The notes beneath the pieces were generated by a model, which was given only the letters and a program-made list of their open reading frames with translations, did no database searches and was not told the DNA's origin. The position numbers and the translations under genes were made by a program. Shown in pieces: positions 1 through 12,588 of a stretch of DNA of 64,000 nt. Source of the stretch: an uncultured Actinomycetota bacterium. Lineage in GTDB: Bacteria > Actinomycetota > Acidimicrobiia > Acidimicrobiales > Microtrichaceae. The DNA lies in contig CAVZCC010000001.1 in assembly GCA_963773765.1 (NCBI GenBank), forward strand, positions 18,901 through 82,900, written 5' to 3'. Position 1 is the first letter of the stretch; every line of letters starts with the position of its first letter.

Positions 1-480
1 TCGCCGACGGTGTCCAGCGCCGGGGTGACCTCCGTGGGCAGGCCCCCCTCCCACAGGGCGAGCCGGCGACCGGCGTGCTCGATGATGTGGGTGTTGGCGG
101 GGTTCTTCACCGGCCCGGCGTCGCCGGTGAGCGACCGGTCGGGGAAGGCCATCACGTCGCCCAGTCCGGGGTAGATCGCCGCGCCGTGGGCGACCTCGGC
201 CAGCAGCCCCCGCGACCGGATCCACCGGTTGCGGTAGCGACACCCCGTCGTCGCCGATGGTGACCGCGTGCAGCATCCCGTCCCCGTCCAGGACGCTGTA
301 CCGGCCGATCGGCTCGAACAGGGGGTTCGGTCCGTTGCGCACGAAGGCGCCGCGGAGGCCGTCGGGGATCCTGCCGGAGACCTGGCACCGGTCCAGGTCG
401 AACTCGGCGTCGACCGGGCGGCGGTTGCCGCACAGGTCGGGCTGGCCCGCGTCGTTGGTGACGTGGCCGAGGAGCTGTGC
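1..480 (-). CDS. carotenoid cleavage dioxygenase family (lignostilbene/apocarotenoid dioxygenase-like); N-terminal part only, gene continues past left edge; one frameshift near 250
   Basis: Manual translation of minus strand from ATG at 480 gives MTTAQLLGHV...IPDGLRGAFVRNGPNP...LDGDGMLH, then after a +/-1 shift CRYRNRWIRSRGLLAEV...IYPGLGD...GPVKNPANTHIIEHAGRRLALWEGG. These are hallmark CCD/RPE65 motifs. Shift lies next to a GGGG run. Confidence 0.6.
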
Positions 481-490
481 CGTGGTCATG

Positions 491-1707
491 TCAGGTCCCT
501 TCGACGAATCGGTCGAGCGCGTCGGAGACCGCCAGCCCGGCAGGGAGCCGTTCGGCGCCGATGGCCAGGTCGACGGCCCGGTGGAAGTGGTGGATGAGCC
601 GCTCGTGCCAACCGATCTGGAACGGCCGGGCGCCGTGGGACTCCACCGAGCGCTGGATGGCGGCCATGTTGGACGTGTCCTGGGCCATCACCGTCTCGAA
701 CAGCGTCATCCGCATGGCGTGCTCCTCGGGCATCTCGCCGTCGCCCCAGTCGGGGGCGAACCACTGCAGCTCGAGCTCGGTGCGGCGATGGTCGACCGGC
801 CACATGCACAGGAGCGGGAACGCCCCGGTGTCGAGCGCGGCGACGATGTTGGGGAACCAGCCGAACGAGGTGCTCGTCTCCCGCCACAGCTGGCCGACGC
901 TCGGGTTGTCCGCCTCCGGCGAGGGGTCCATGATCCCGAGCAGCTCGGGCCGGATCCCCACCGAGAGCCGGCTGTGGCCGTTGGGCAACATGGCCACGGT
1001 GACCGTCGAGTCGTCGTACAGCAGTGCGGCGTTGTCGGGGTGGACGGTGCGGATGTGGTACACCTCGAGGAACGCGTCGACCATGGCCTTCCAGTTGGCG
1101 GCGACGTGGTGGGTCTGGGTGCCCACCCTGCGCAGCGACGGCCCGTTCACCTCCACCATCTGCTCCCGGAGCGGGCCGAGGAAGTCCACCAACGGTCCGG
1201 CGTCCGGGTCCTCGTTCACGAACACCCACCCCTCCCACACCTCACACCGCACGGGGACCATGCCCAGTGCGGCCCGTGTCCAGCCCGGCGAAGCTGCGGG
1301 CGTCCGGCACCGCCTTGAGGGAACCGGTGAGGTCGTAGGACCACGAGTGGTACTGGCAGGTCAGGCGCTTGGCCGTCCCGCACGCGTCACGCACCACGGG
1401 CGCCCCGCGGTGGCGGCAGCTGTTGTAGAAGGCGCGGATCCGGTCGTCCTGGCCCCGGACCAGCACGATCGGCGCACCCGACCGCTCGAAGGTGGCGTAC
1501 GAGCCCGGAGCGGCCAGGTCGGACTCGTGGGCGGCCAGGAGCCACGTCCGGCGCCAGACCCTGCTCCTGTTCGAGCGCGTACATGGCTTCATCGCGGTAC
1601 CGGCCGACCGGGATCGGCGGCACGGGGACCGCCTCGGGAGGAGGCGCCGTGCGCAGCCGGTTCTGCTCCAGCTGCTCGCGGATCTCGATTTCCAGGACTG
1701 GGTCCAC
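491..1707 (-). pseudogene. Rieske non-heme iron aromatic ring-hydroxylating oxygenase alpha subunit; reading requires 2 frame changes (near 1545 and near 1250)
   Basis: N-terminus MDPVLEIEIREQLEQ...YRDEAMYALEQEQ (ORF 1387-1707), then Rieske motif WLLAAHESDL...CRHRGAPV...CQYHSWSY in another frame (part of ORF 1242-2483), then catalytic domain MVPVRCEVWEGWVFVNED...(ORF 491-1261). Removing one G from a GGG run at about 1262 restores TGMVPVRCE in frame. Confidence 0.6.
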
Positions 1708-1796
1708 CCGAACCCTCGCTCTCTTGGATCAGACGTGTCCGGTGAGTGTAGTAAACACTGTTCATCGATGTTGCCGGCCGCCCGTGGCCGGCGATC

Positions 1797-3545
1797 GTGA
1801 CAGGGGGATGTTGCACCATGCCGACGCCAGAGTCGTTGACCACCAGCGAGCACCACGACTTCGACCTCGAGCTCGTGTCGGGAACGTGGCCGACCGACAT
1901 CTCGGGAGAGATGCTGTTCTCCGCGCCCAGCCTGAGCGGCAGGCTTCCCTACGGCATCTTCGACTTCGGCTGCGTCATCCGGCTCTCCCTCACCCCGGGC
2001 ACCCACGGCGCTCCCGACGGCCGGTTCGCCTGGCGCACGGGCCGGATCGAGACCCCGAGCAAGCGGATCTTCGACGCGGCACCCGACGCCTTCACGACGA
2101 GCCCGGTCGGCTACACCTCGCCCTTCGGGGCCCCCAACTCGTCGAACACGGCGCCGCTGCCCTGGGGGGACCGGCTGTTCACCACCTGGGATGCCGGGCG
2201 CCCGGTGGAGATCCACCCCGGCACGCTGGAGTACGTGGCCGAGGTCGGCCACATCGACAGCTGGGGCGGGTCGTCGATGTTCGGCGACACGGTCCTGCCG
2301 TTCCTCTTCTCCTCCGCCCACCCGGTGGTCGATCCCGAGCGCCACGGCCTGTGGACCACCAAGCTGGAACCGGTCATGTCGCCGACGTTCGGCATGCGGC
2401 CGTCGGTGGTGTGGTGGGACCGGTCCGGCACGGAGGTGAAGTGGTGGCCGCTGGAGGGGGTCTCCTTCCCCGGCTCCACCCACACCGTCAGCCAGACCCG
2501 CGACTGGGTCATCCTGTGCGACTCCGGCAACTTCAAGGCGGACGCGGACGAGATGTTCGGCGGGGAGCGCACGGTCACCATCGACGCCGACGTGCCGGTG
2601 TGGCTGGTGCGCAAGGACGACCTCTTCGCCCGCCCGTCGGGCACACCCGTCCAGCCCACCTGCTTCCGGGTGTCACCGCCCAACGGCCACTTCTATGCCC
2701 GCTACGACGACAGCGACGGGATCTCGGTGGTCTGGGAGGGCATGGACCTCATGGACCTGGCGCTCTACCTGCGCCCCGACGACGTCGACGTCCACGGCCG
2801 TCCGGTCGACCCGGCGTCGGTCGGGCTCTACAACATGGCGATGGCCCCGGAGACCATCACCGAGCTCCTGTTCGAGCCCGAGACCGGCAAGGTGATCGAA
2901 CGTGGGGCGTGCCGGGAGGACTGGACGGTCAACCTGCAGCTCTCCGCCATGGACTGGAGCCTGGAGGGCATGTCCGCACCCACCCTCCACCACGTGAGCT
3001 ACCAGGGCTGCCGCCCCGGGCGCGTCACGCAACGGGCGGCCCGGCTCTACGAGGACCGCATCGACCTGTCCGCGCTGGCCGAGGAGACGCCGGGGTACCT
3101 CGCCTCCTTCGAGCGGGGCAGCATGGAACTGACGGCCCGCTGGGAGTACCCGGACACCTCCGAGCTGATCACCTCGCCGACCTTCGCCCCCCGCAGCCCG
3201 GCGGCGGGCAACTACGCCGGTGGCGAACCCGGCGGCCACGACGGCTACGTGGTCCAGCCCGTGCTGAGCGACGACGGGTTCCGGGTGGACCTCTTCGACG
3301 CCGCCCACGTCGGGTCGGGGCCGGTCGCGACCCTCCGTGGCACCAACAAGGAGTGCGTGCCGCTGGTGCTGCACTCGGCGTGGATGCCGACCGCCGACGG
3401 ACTGGCGGACGCGGACCGCCTGCGGTTCTCCGACGAGCTCACCCCCGACCGCCTGGCCGGCCTGGACGACCACCAGCGCCGGCTGGTGGCCCGGGTGGCC
3501 GAGGACCTCGATGCCGGGCGTCCTCCTCCAACGGCTCCGGCCTGA
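1797..3545 (+). CDS. distant carotenoid oxygenase (CCD/RPE65)-like family protein, apparently intact (582 aa; alternative start at 1818)
   Basis: Long ORF with balanced composition; SAHPVVDPERHGLW resembles the CCD AHPKVDPxTGEL motif, plus an HT..Q..DWVILCD element similar to the HDFAITE region. Assignment is by motif only. Confidence 0.5.
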   Translation: MTGGCCTMPTPESLTTSEHHDFDLELVSGTWPTDISGEMLFSAPSLSGRLPYGIFDFGCVIRLSLTPGTHGAPDGRFAWRTGRIETPSKRIFDAAPDAFTTSPVGYTSPFGAPNSSNTAPLPWGDRLFTTWDAGRPVEIHPGTLEYVAEVGHIDSWGGSSMFGDTVLPFLFSSAHPVVDPERHGLWTTKLEPVMSPTFGMRPSVVWWDRSGTEVKWWPLEGVSFPGSTHTVSQTRDWVILCDSGNFKADADEMFGGERTVTIDADVPVWLVRKDDLFARPSGTPVQPTCFRVSPPNGHFYARYDDSDGISVVWEGMDLMDLALYLRPDDVDVHGRPVDPASVGLYNMAMAPETITELLFEPETGKVIERGACREDWTVNLQLSAMDWSLEGMSAPTLHHVSYQGCRPGRVTQRAARLYEDRIDLSALAEETPGYLASFERGSMELTARWEYPDTSELITSPTFAPRSPAAGNYAGGEPGGHDGYVVQPVLSDDGFRVDLFDAAHVGSGPVATLRGTNKECVPLVLHSAWMPTADGLADADRLRFSDELTPDRLAGLDDHQRRLVARVAEDLDAGRPPPTAPA

Positions 3546-3644
3546 CGCCCGGGCCGGGGCCACGACCTCCTGATCTCCGTGGCCGCCCGGCGCTACGGTG
3601 CACCTGACGCGCACACGCTGCCCAGCCGACCCCCGGGAGCCACC

Positions 3645-4265
3645 ATGTCCGACGACCAGAGCCCGACCCCTTCCGCCGATACCCCGGCCCAGGCCGAGGA
3701 CGACGTCGTCGCCGGCGTGGTCACCGACGGTGCCTACACCCTGTTCGTGGCGGACTTCGCCGATCCGGACACCGCCTGGGAGGCCTACGAGTCGCTGAAG
3801 TCGGTGGAGGACGGCACGACGGTGTCCATCGAGGGCGTCCTGGTGGTCAAGGCCGGTGCCGACGGCGTGATCGAGGTCCAGAAGGTCACCGACCATTCCA
3901 CCCGGTCCGGCCTGAAGTGGGGTGTGGTCGGCGGTGTGGTCCTGGGCGTGCTGTTCCCGCCGTCGATCATCGGCAGCGCCCTGGCGGTCGGCGCCGCGGG
4001 CGCCGCCGTCGGCAAGGCCCGCGAGGTGCACCACCGTTCCGAACTGGCCAAGGACCTGGAGGGTGCCATCGCCCCCGGGCACTCCGGCATCCTGGCCCTG
4101 GTCTCCGACCCCGGCGCGGTGGAGATCCGCAAGGCCCTGGACAAGGCCGACGCCATCGTGGAGCGGGCGGTGGACAAGGTGGCGGCGGAGGACATCAAGG
4201 CTGCGGCCAAGGAGGCCGAGGAGGACGACGCCGCTCCGGACGGAGGCAGCGCCACGGCCGGCTGA
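3645..4265 (+). CDS. DUF1269-type membrane protein (Gly-rich transmembrane segment, acidic C-terminus)
   Basis: ORF 3579-4265 read from internal Met MSDDQSP; hydrophobic GVVGGVVLGVLFPPSIIGSALAVGAAGAAVG segment; family call from memory. Confidence 0.5.
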   Translation: MSDDQSPTPSADTPAQAEDDVVAGVVTDGAYTLFVADFADPDTAWEAYESLKSVEDGTTVSIEGVLVVKAGADGVIEVQKVTDHSTRSGLKWGVVGGVVLGVLFPPSIIGSALAVGAAGAAVGKAREVHHRSELAKDLEGAIAPGHSGILALVSDPGAVEIRKALDKADAIVERAVDKVAAEDIKAAAKEAEEDDAAPDGGSATAG

Positions 4266-4268
4266 CCC

Positions 4269-4318
4269 GGCGGCCCGGGACGTGAGCCGCCGTCAGGCCG
4301 GCCCGGGGCCGGCCAGCT
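4269..4318. terminator. two GC-rich hairpins (cggcggc-N11-gccgccg; ggccggccc/gggccggcc) between convergent DUF1269 and MmyB-like genes
   Basis: Inverted repeats seen directly in sequence; no U-tract. Confidence 0.25.
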
Positions 4319-5137
4319 GGCGGCAGACACCTGCGGTCAGGTCGTCGTAGGGGAACCAGGTCTCGATGCGCAGGTGCTCGACCGCGACGTTCTGCGGCGC
4401 CTGGAACGCCGTGACCATGGTCAGGAAGCGCAGTTCGAGGCCGTCCCGGCGCAGGTGCAGGACCAGGGCCGGGTCCGACGGCACCAGGAGGTCGACGTGG
4501 CGCCAGCCCGGGTCGACGGTCGGCATGGCCAGGAGCTCGTCGAGCAGGTCGCGCATCTCTCCGTCGTCGGGGTCCTCGAGGACCTCGCGCTGGATCCGCC
4601 AGAGCAGCTGGCGGCCGACCTGGTCGAAGTTCGCCAGGAACGGCTGGGCCCCGTCGGGGTCGAACGTCAGGCGGGCGAGGTTCAGGCCGATGACCCCACC
4701 GCCGTCCGGGCCGTCGGGCGGTCCGCGGCGGCACCCCCCAGGATGGTGCCGAGCAGGCCGAGCGCCCCCTGGTTGAGGTCCCGGACCCGGTAGGTCCGGT
4801 CCAGGACGATGAGGGGGAAGGGCTCCTGGTGGACCTTCAGCAGGGCCAGGGCGTCCGTCACCGTGTCCGGCAGGGCGTCGTCGGATTCGTCGTAGACGGG
4901 CTCGTGGCCGGCGGCCCGGAGCATCGCGTTGACCTGCCGCAGGGGGACGCCGAGCGACGTGGACAGCTGCAGCACCATCTCCGGGCTCGGACGGGAGCGG
5001 CCCGTCTCCAGGAAGCTCACGTGCCGGGCGGAGACGTCTGCGGCCAACGCGAGGTCCAGCTGGCTCAACCCGCGCTGGCGGCGCCAGTGCCGGAGCAGCG
5101 CCGGGAACAGCCCGGCGCGGTGGTCGGGATCGGGCAC
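4293..5137 (-). CDS. MmyB-like helix-turn-helix (XRE) transcriptional regulator; frameshift near 4690
   Basis: ORF 4682-5137 carries the HTH (LSQLDLALAADVSARHVSFLETGRSRPS). C-terminal MmyB-like domain (LRFLTMVTAFQAPQNVAVEHLRIETWFPYDD) continues in ORF 4293-5177 in another frame. Confidence 0.55.
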
Positions 5138-5310
5138 CCGGGCCTCCTGGATACGTGGGGTGGACGGCGTCCGTCACCCACGACGCTAAGCGTTCGTGCG
5201 GCCGGCGGCACTTACCTCCCCAGTTCGTTGCGGTGCCCGCGATCCGGGCGCAAGGTGGCCCCCAACCCCGGGCGGACCCGCGCCGGGGACCACCACTCCC
5301 GGAGGTTCCG

Positions 5311-6193
5311 ATGCCGACACTGACCCCGGCCGCCGCCGCCGACCTGTTCCGCCGACCGCCCGACCGCTTCCTCGACGTCGGTGCCGGGGAGGTCGCCTAC
5401 CGTCGGGTCGGGGACGGGCCCGGACGTGCTGTTCGTCCACGGCTGGCCGGTCAGCGGAGCGACGTTCCGGACCCTGCTTCCCCACCTGGTGGACCACGTC
5501 ACCTGCCACCTGATCGACCTCCCGGGGGCCGGCTCCAGCCGCTTCACCGCGGCCACGACCCTGTCGGTCGACCAGCACATCCAGAGCGTGCGGCGGGTCC
5601 TGGACCTGCTGGAGCTGGACCGGGTCGCCGTGGTCGGACACGACAGCGGCGGGATGATCGCCCGCCACGCCGTCGCCGGCGACCCACGCCTGGGTGCCAT
5701 GGGCCTGGTCAACACCGAGCAGTCACACGGCCTGAGCCGGCGGTTCAAGGCGTTCCTCGCTGCACGCCACCTGCCGGGCCTGGGCGCCGGCCTCGGCTGG
5801 GTGGCGGGCCAGCGGCGCGTCCGCCGCATCCCGTTCGTCCTGGGCGACGCGTTCGCCGACCCGTCCCTGCTCGACGGCGAGTTCGACGAGTTCTTCCTCC
5901 GGCCCCTGCACGAGCTGCCGGATCGTCGCGACGCCGCCGTCCGTGTGCTGCGCAGCTTCGACGAGCGGTTCGTGCGGGACCTGGCCGGCCTGCACCGGCG
6001 CATCACGGTCCCGGTCCAGCTCGTCTGGGGCGACCAGGATCCGTTCTTCCCGCTGGCGTGGGCCCAGGAGATGGTGGGGACGTTCCCGGATGCCCGACTG
6101 GAGGTCGTCGCGGGCGCCGGCCTGTTCTCGCACGAGGAGCGTCCGGCCGAGGTGGCCCAGGCCCTGCTCCCGACCCTCACCGGGACGCGCTGA
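5311..6193 (+). CDS. alpha/beta hydrolase fold protein; frameshift near 5420
   Basis: MPTLTPAAAADLFRRPPDRFLDVGAGEVAYRRVGDGPG in ORF 5155 frame, continuing as VLFVHGWPVSGATFRTLL...VGHDSGGMIARHAV (nucleophile elbow) in ORF 5381-6193. Confidence 0.55.
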
Positions 6194-6282
6194 AGGGCGT
6201 CGGCCGTCCCGTCGACGGCGAGGGTACGGTGGTCCGTCACCGATGTGCGCGGCCGGACCTGTGCCGGCAGGGGGGAATCGTC

Positions 6283-6645
6283 ATGGACTACCGCTTCACC
6301 CAGGGTGAGCCCATCTCCGAGGAGGACGCCCTGGCCCAGGTCGCGGCGATGGGGTACCACGCCCTCGCCTTCGACCTGGTCAACGACGAGGACGAACCCC
6401 TGCACTGGCACGAGTTCGATGCGGTCACATGGGTGATCGACGGCACCGGCGCCTTTCGTGACGCGGACGGCAAGGTCACCCAGGTGCAGCCCGGCTGCCG
6501 GCTCGAGGCCCCCGCCGGGTGGCTCCACAGCAACCTGGCCGGCCCTCCGGTCCGTGTGGTCCTGGGCTCCTCCCTCCCCGGGGAGCAGTGGACCTGGCCC
6601 ATCGACAAGGACCCCGCCGACCGCCCGGCGCACCTGGCGGTCTGA
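6283..6645 (+). CDS. cupin domain protein (120 aa)
   Basis: MDYRFTQGEP...HWHEFDAVTWVIDGTGAFRDADGKV; ATG at 6283 within ORF 5155-6645. Confidence 0.55.
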   Translation: MDYRFTQGEPISEEDALAQVAAMGYHALAFDLVNDEDEPLHWHEFDAVTWVIDGTGAFRDADGKVTQVQPGCRLEAPAGWLHSNLAGPPVRVVLGSSLPGEQWTWPIDKDPADRPAHLAV

Positions 6646-6717
6646 GCCGCAGGCCGACGTGCCCGCGACGGACCGGTCACCCGGAGCGGCCACCTGCGGC
6701 GTCGACGCCAGGACGCC

Positions 6718-7139
6718 GTGACCCGCAGTCCGAGGGCCGCAGCCGCTGCCTGCCCGTGCGGGTCCGGGGAGCCGTACTCGCGGTGCTGTCGGCCCTTCCA
6801 CACGGGGGCCGCCGACCCCGGCACCGCCGAGCAGCTGATGCGGCGCGCTACAGCGCCTTCGCCAAGCGGCTTCCCGGGTACCTGCTGGCCACCTGGCACC
6901 CGGACGCCCGGCCGGCGGACCTGCACCTGGCCCCGTCCCAACGCTGGGTCGGGCTCCGCATCATCTCGACCGTCGACGGCGGACCCGCCGACCGCACCGG
7001 CGCCGTGGAGTTCGAGGCCCGCGTGGAATCGGGCGCCGGGCCGGGGCGGCTGCACGAAGTGAGCCGCTTCGAGCGTGTCGACGGCCGTTGGACGTACCGA
7101 TCCGGCCGGATCGTGGAGGACGGTGCGTCGTCGGGCTGA
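6718..7139 (+). CDS. YchJ/UPF0225 SEC-C-motif protein; frameshift near 6850
   Basis: CPCGSGEPYSRCCRPFHTG...TAEQLMR in ORF 6718-7062, then RYSAFAKRLPGYLLATWHPDARP...VDGRWTYRSGRI in ORF 6519-7139. Confidence 0.5.
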
Positions 7140-7143
7140 CAGC

Positions 7144-7686
7144 ATGTGTCGCGTGGTGCTCGTCGTGGTCGCGACCGTCGTCGCCGTCCTGCTGCTGGTC
7201 TGGTCGCTGCAGTTCTTCGGGGCGGACAGCGTGTGGTTCGCGTTCTTCGTCGTCTGGGTCCCGATGACGTGGTTGGGAACGGTGAGTCGCGTCGTCCGCC
7301 CCCGACTCCCCGAGGCGTGGCACCGCCTGCGCCCGTTCGAGCGGGACGGCCGGCTGTACGAGCTGCTCGGGGTCGGGCTGGCCAAGCGGCTCCTCCGCCG
7401 GGGGCCCCTGGCCGCGTTCAACCCGGACCTGCACCTGCCCTCCGAACCGACCCCGGAGCGGCTGGCCCACCTGGACCAGCGGATGCGCGACGCCGAGGCC
7501 AGCCACGCCATCCTGCTGGTCCTGACGCTGGGCGTCGTCCTCAACGCCGCGCTCCGGGGCTGGTGGGCCGCCGCGGGTTGGACGCTGCTGTTCGACGTGC
7601 TGATGAACGGCTATCCCGTGATGCTGCAGCGCTACAACCGGGCCCGGCTCTCCAGCCGGTACGACCTCCCCGCCACCGACGTGTGA
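7144..7686 (+). CDS. hypothetical membrane protein
   Basis: ORF 7075-7686 read from MCRVVLVVVATVVAVLLLVWSL; two or more hydrophobic helices; no family recognised. Confidence 0.4.
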   Translation: MCRVVLVVVATVVAVLLLVWSLQFFGADSVWFAFFVVWVPMTWLGTVSRVVRPRLPEAWHRLRPFERDGRLYELLGVGLAKRLLRRGPLAAFNPDLHLPSEPTPERLAHLDQRMRDAEASHAILLVLTLGVVLNAALRGWWAAAGWTLLFDVLMNGYPVMLQRYNRARLSSRYDLPATDV

Positions 7687-7710
7687 CGCGGGGCGTGGTG
7701 GGCACGTGGC

Positions 7711-9509
7711 TCAGGTGGTTCCGTCGGTCCGCACGACCCGCGTGCCGGGGAAGCCGGGCTCGCCGCGCCAGCGTTCCAGGTACCCGGCGTAGTCCATCAG
7801 GCTGCCGGTGTAGACCAGGTTGCGGGCCGCCTTGGGGTCGTCCCCCTGTTCGGCGTTGTAGTAGCCGGGCGTGCAGTTCCGTGAGTAGTCGGCGATCTGG
7901 CCGGCCACGCCCAACAGGATGCCGAGCCATTCCTCCTCCGCCTCCGGGGTGGCCTCGATGGTGGCGACGCCCTGCTCCTCGCAGGTGGCGATCAACCACG
8001 CCACGTGCTTGGCCGACTCCGACAGGAAGTGCAGGAAGTTCGTGCCGAAGCCGGCCTGCACGAGGCTGATCATCATCAGGTTGGGGAACTCGGCGGAGAG
8101 GATGCCGTGCAGCGTGTGGGCGCCGTCGTGCCACCGCTCGCTCATGGCCACGCCACCCCGTCCCACGGGGTCGAAGCCGAGCCGGCGGTCCAGGTCGGTG
8201 GTGACCTCGAACCCGGAGGCGAAGACGAGGACGTCGACCGGGTACTCGATGCCGTTGGCCACCACCCCCGTGGCGGTGATCCGCTCGACACCCCGGCCGT
8301 CGGTGTCGACCAGGTGCACGTTCGGGCGGTTGAACGACGGCAGGTACTCGTCGTGGAAGCACACCCGCTTGCAGTGCTTGCCGTACCAGGGCTTGAGGAG
8401 GGCCGCGGTGTCCGGGTCCTCGACGAGGTCGTCCACCCGCTGTCGCAGGGCCTCCATGGTCAGGAAGTCGGACCGCTCCAGCTCGGCCGCCGCGTCGGCC
8501 GAGTCGGCGGCGGTCTGGGTGTCCTCCCACATGACCTCGGTCCAACCGTCGCCGACGAGGTCCCGTTCCGGCTTGCGGCCGGTGACGGCCTGGGTGAAGT
8601 TGCGGACCCGCTCCTGGTGCCACCCGGCCGGCAGGCTGCGGAACCAGGCCTCGTCGGTGGGGCCGTTGTCGCGCCGGCCGACCGCGGACGGCGTGCGCTG
8701 GAAGACGTAGAGCTCCTCCGCGGTCTCCGCCACGCGGGGCACGACCTGCACCGCGGTGGCACCGGTGCCGATGATCCCGACCCGCTTTCCCCGCAACTGC
8801 TCCAAGGGCTCCTGCGGCCCGCCGCCGGTGGACCCGTAGTCCCATCGGCTGGTGTGGAACGCCCGGCCCCCGTAGTCCTCGATGCCCGGGATGCCCGGGA
8901 GCTTGGCCTTGTGCAGGATGCCGCCGGCGGTGACCAGGTACGTGGCCGACAACTCGTCGTGCCGCGCGTGGTGGTCACCCGCCACCGCTGTTGGTCCTCC
9001 TGCCACTCCGCGGCGGCCACCTCGGTCTGGAACAGGGCGTGGGGGTACAGGTCGTAGTGCCGCCCGAGCAGTTGGCAGTAGGCGAAGATCTCCGCTGCGC
9101 CCGCGTACTTCTCCGTGGGCATGTAGCCCGTCTCCTCCAGCAGCGGGAGGTAGGTGTACGACTCGACGTCGCACATGCAGCCCGGGTAGCGGTTCCAGTA
9201 CCAGGTGCCACCGAAGTCGCCGGCCTTCTCCACGATCCGGATGCCGTGGACGCCACGGGCCTTCAGGTTGATGGCGGCGAGCATGCCGGCGAACCCGCCG
9301 CCGACGATGACCACCTGGGTCTCCTCCACGACCGGGTCCCGGGTGAAGCCGGGTTCGACGTACGGGTCCCGGTCGAATGCCGCGTACCGGCCGGCCAGCT
9401 CGGTGTACTGGGCCAGGCCGTCCGGGCGGAGTCGCTTCTCCCGCTCCTGGCGGTACCGGTCCTGTGCCGCCGCCATGGACGGTGACGGGCCGGTGTCGTG
9501 CTGGTTCAT
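7711..9509 (-). CDS. Baeyer-Villiger (class B flavin) monooxygenase, paralog 1; single frameshift near 8955
   Basis: N-terminus MNQHDTGP...[17 protein letters not shown]...[23 protein letters not shown]...[10 protein letters not shown] (ORF 8460-9911 frame), then [13 protein letters not shown]...[10 protein letters not shown]...[10 protein letters not shown]...[11 protein letters not shown] (ORF 7711-9552 frame). Confidence 0.65.
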
Positions 9510-9614
9510 CGGTGGTCCCTCGACGTGGCGCATCCGAGCGCTGGGCAGGCACAAGTTAGGCCGCCCGTCCGCCGGGGTGGTTGCGTAGCGGACGAATGAC
9601 GCCGTCCCTACGAT

Positions 9615-11491
<1,877 letters not shown>

Positions 11492-11495
<4 letters not shown>

Positions 11496-12160
11496 CCACG
11501 CACCGGGGGGAGCCCGACCTGGACGCCGGCGGGTTCTCGACCTGGCTGCGGGAGGTCCGGGCCGCCCTGGACGGTGACGACGGGACCGACGTGCCCTGTG
11601 GCTCCTGCACGGCCTGTTGCCGGTCCTCCCAGTTCGTCCACATCGGGCCGGACGAGACCGCGACGCTGGCCGTCATCCCGGCGGAGCTGCTGTTCCCCGC
11701 GCCCGGCCTCCCGGCCGGCCACGTGCTGATGGGCTACGACGGCCAGGGGGCGTGTCCCATGCTGACCGAGCGGGGCTGCTCCATCTACGACCACCGCCCC
11801 CGCACCTGCCGCACCTATGACTGCAGGGTGTTCGCGGCCACCGGGGTGGAAGCGGATGACGACAAGCCCCAGATCGGCGACCGGGTCCGGCGCTGGCGCT
11901 TCACCCACCCCAGCGAGGACGACCGGGCCGAGCACGAGGCGGTGCGCGCCGCCGCCGTGTTCACCTCCGCGCACGCCGATGCGTTCCCTCCTACCGCCCG
12001 CCCGGCCAACGCCACGCAGCGTGCCGTGCTGGCCGTGGAGGTCGCCGACGCGTTCCTGCGCACCGACGCGTCGAGCGGGCGCACCACGGTGACCGCGCCG
12101 TCGGTCGACGAGGTCCTGGTGGTCCTGGACCGACGTCGACGGGCCCGTCGGTCCGCCTGA
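11492..12160 (+). CDS. YkgJ/UPF0153 family Fe-S-binding protein (CxxCxxCC)
   Basis: MTTHRGE...CGSCTACCRSSQFVHIGPDE...ACPMLTERGCSIYDHRPRTCRTYDCR. ATG at 11492 overlaps the TGA of the BVMO2 remnant (ATGA). Confidence 0.65.
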
Positions 12161-12187
12161 CTCGTGCGTACCCGTCCTGACCCTGCG

Positions 12188-12517
12188 TCAGGCCGGTCGG
12201 CGTCGCTTCCTGGGCACGGGACAGGCGCCTCCGGCCTGCTGCGCACGTCGGAGAAGTCGGAAGCCGTACCCGGTGCCGAGCAGCCAGGCCGCGGTGACGA
12301 CGGCTCCCGCCGTCCAGGCATGGTCCCGCAGGACGGCACCGGCGGACGTGCCGGCCAGGACCGTGGAGACCACGGCCAACGTCAACGGCAGGTGGCACGG
12401 ACACAGGATGAACGACCCGAACACCCACCACCGGCCCCTGCGTTCCAGCGCGGCACCAAGGACCGGTGCACTGGTCGGGGAGTGGTCCGTCAGGTGGCCG
12501 GTGGGTCGGGCATCCAT
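12188..12517 (-). CDS. small MerE-like membrane protein (CPCHLP motif)
   Basis: C-terminal portion of ORF 12188-13747: MDARPTGHL...WWVFGSFILCPCHLPLTLAVVSTVLAGTSAGAVL; resemblance to the MerE LTCPCHLP motif is from memory. Confidence 0.4.
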   Translation of the reverse strand: MDARPTGHLTDHSPTSAPVLGAALERRGRWWVFGSFILCPCHLPLTLAVVSTVLAGTSAGAVLRDHAWTAGAVVTAAWLLGTGYGFRLLRRAQQAGGACPVPRKRRRPA

Positions 12518-12588
12518 GCCCAGAGGATACCGGGTGGGGTATCCGGCTCCGAGCGGGTGGCCGAGGATCGTCTCAGCCGTCGGCTCCC

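Noticed and set aside
257-1318. 353-aa plus-strand ORF at the left end
   Set aside because: Antisense to the CCD-1 and Rieske genes; composition again R/G/P/H-rich.
1583-3607. 674-aa plus-strand ORF overlapping the CCD-like gene out of frame
   Set aside because: Low-complexity R/G/P/H-rich product; the alternative frame (1797-3545) gives a balanced, motif-bearing protein.
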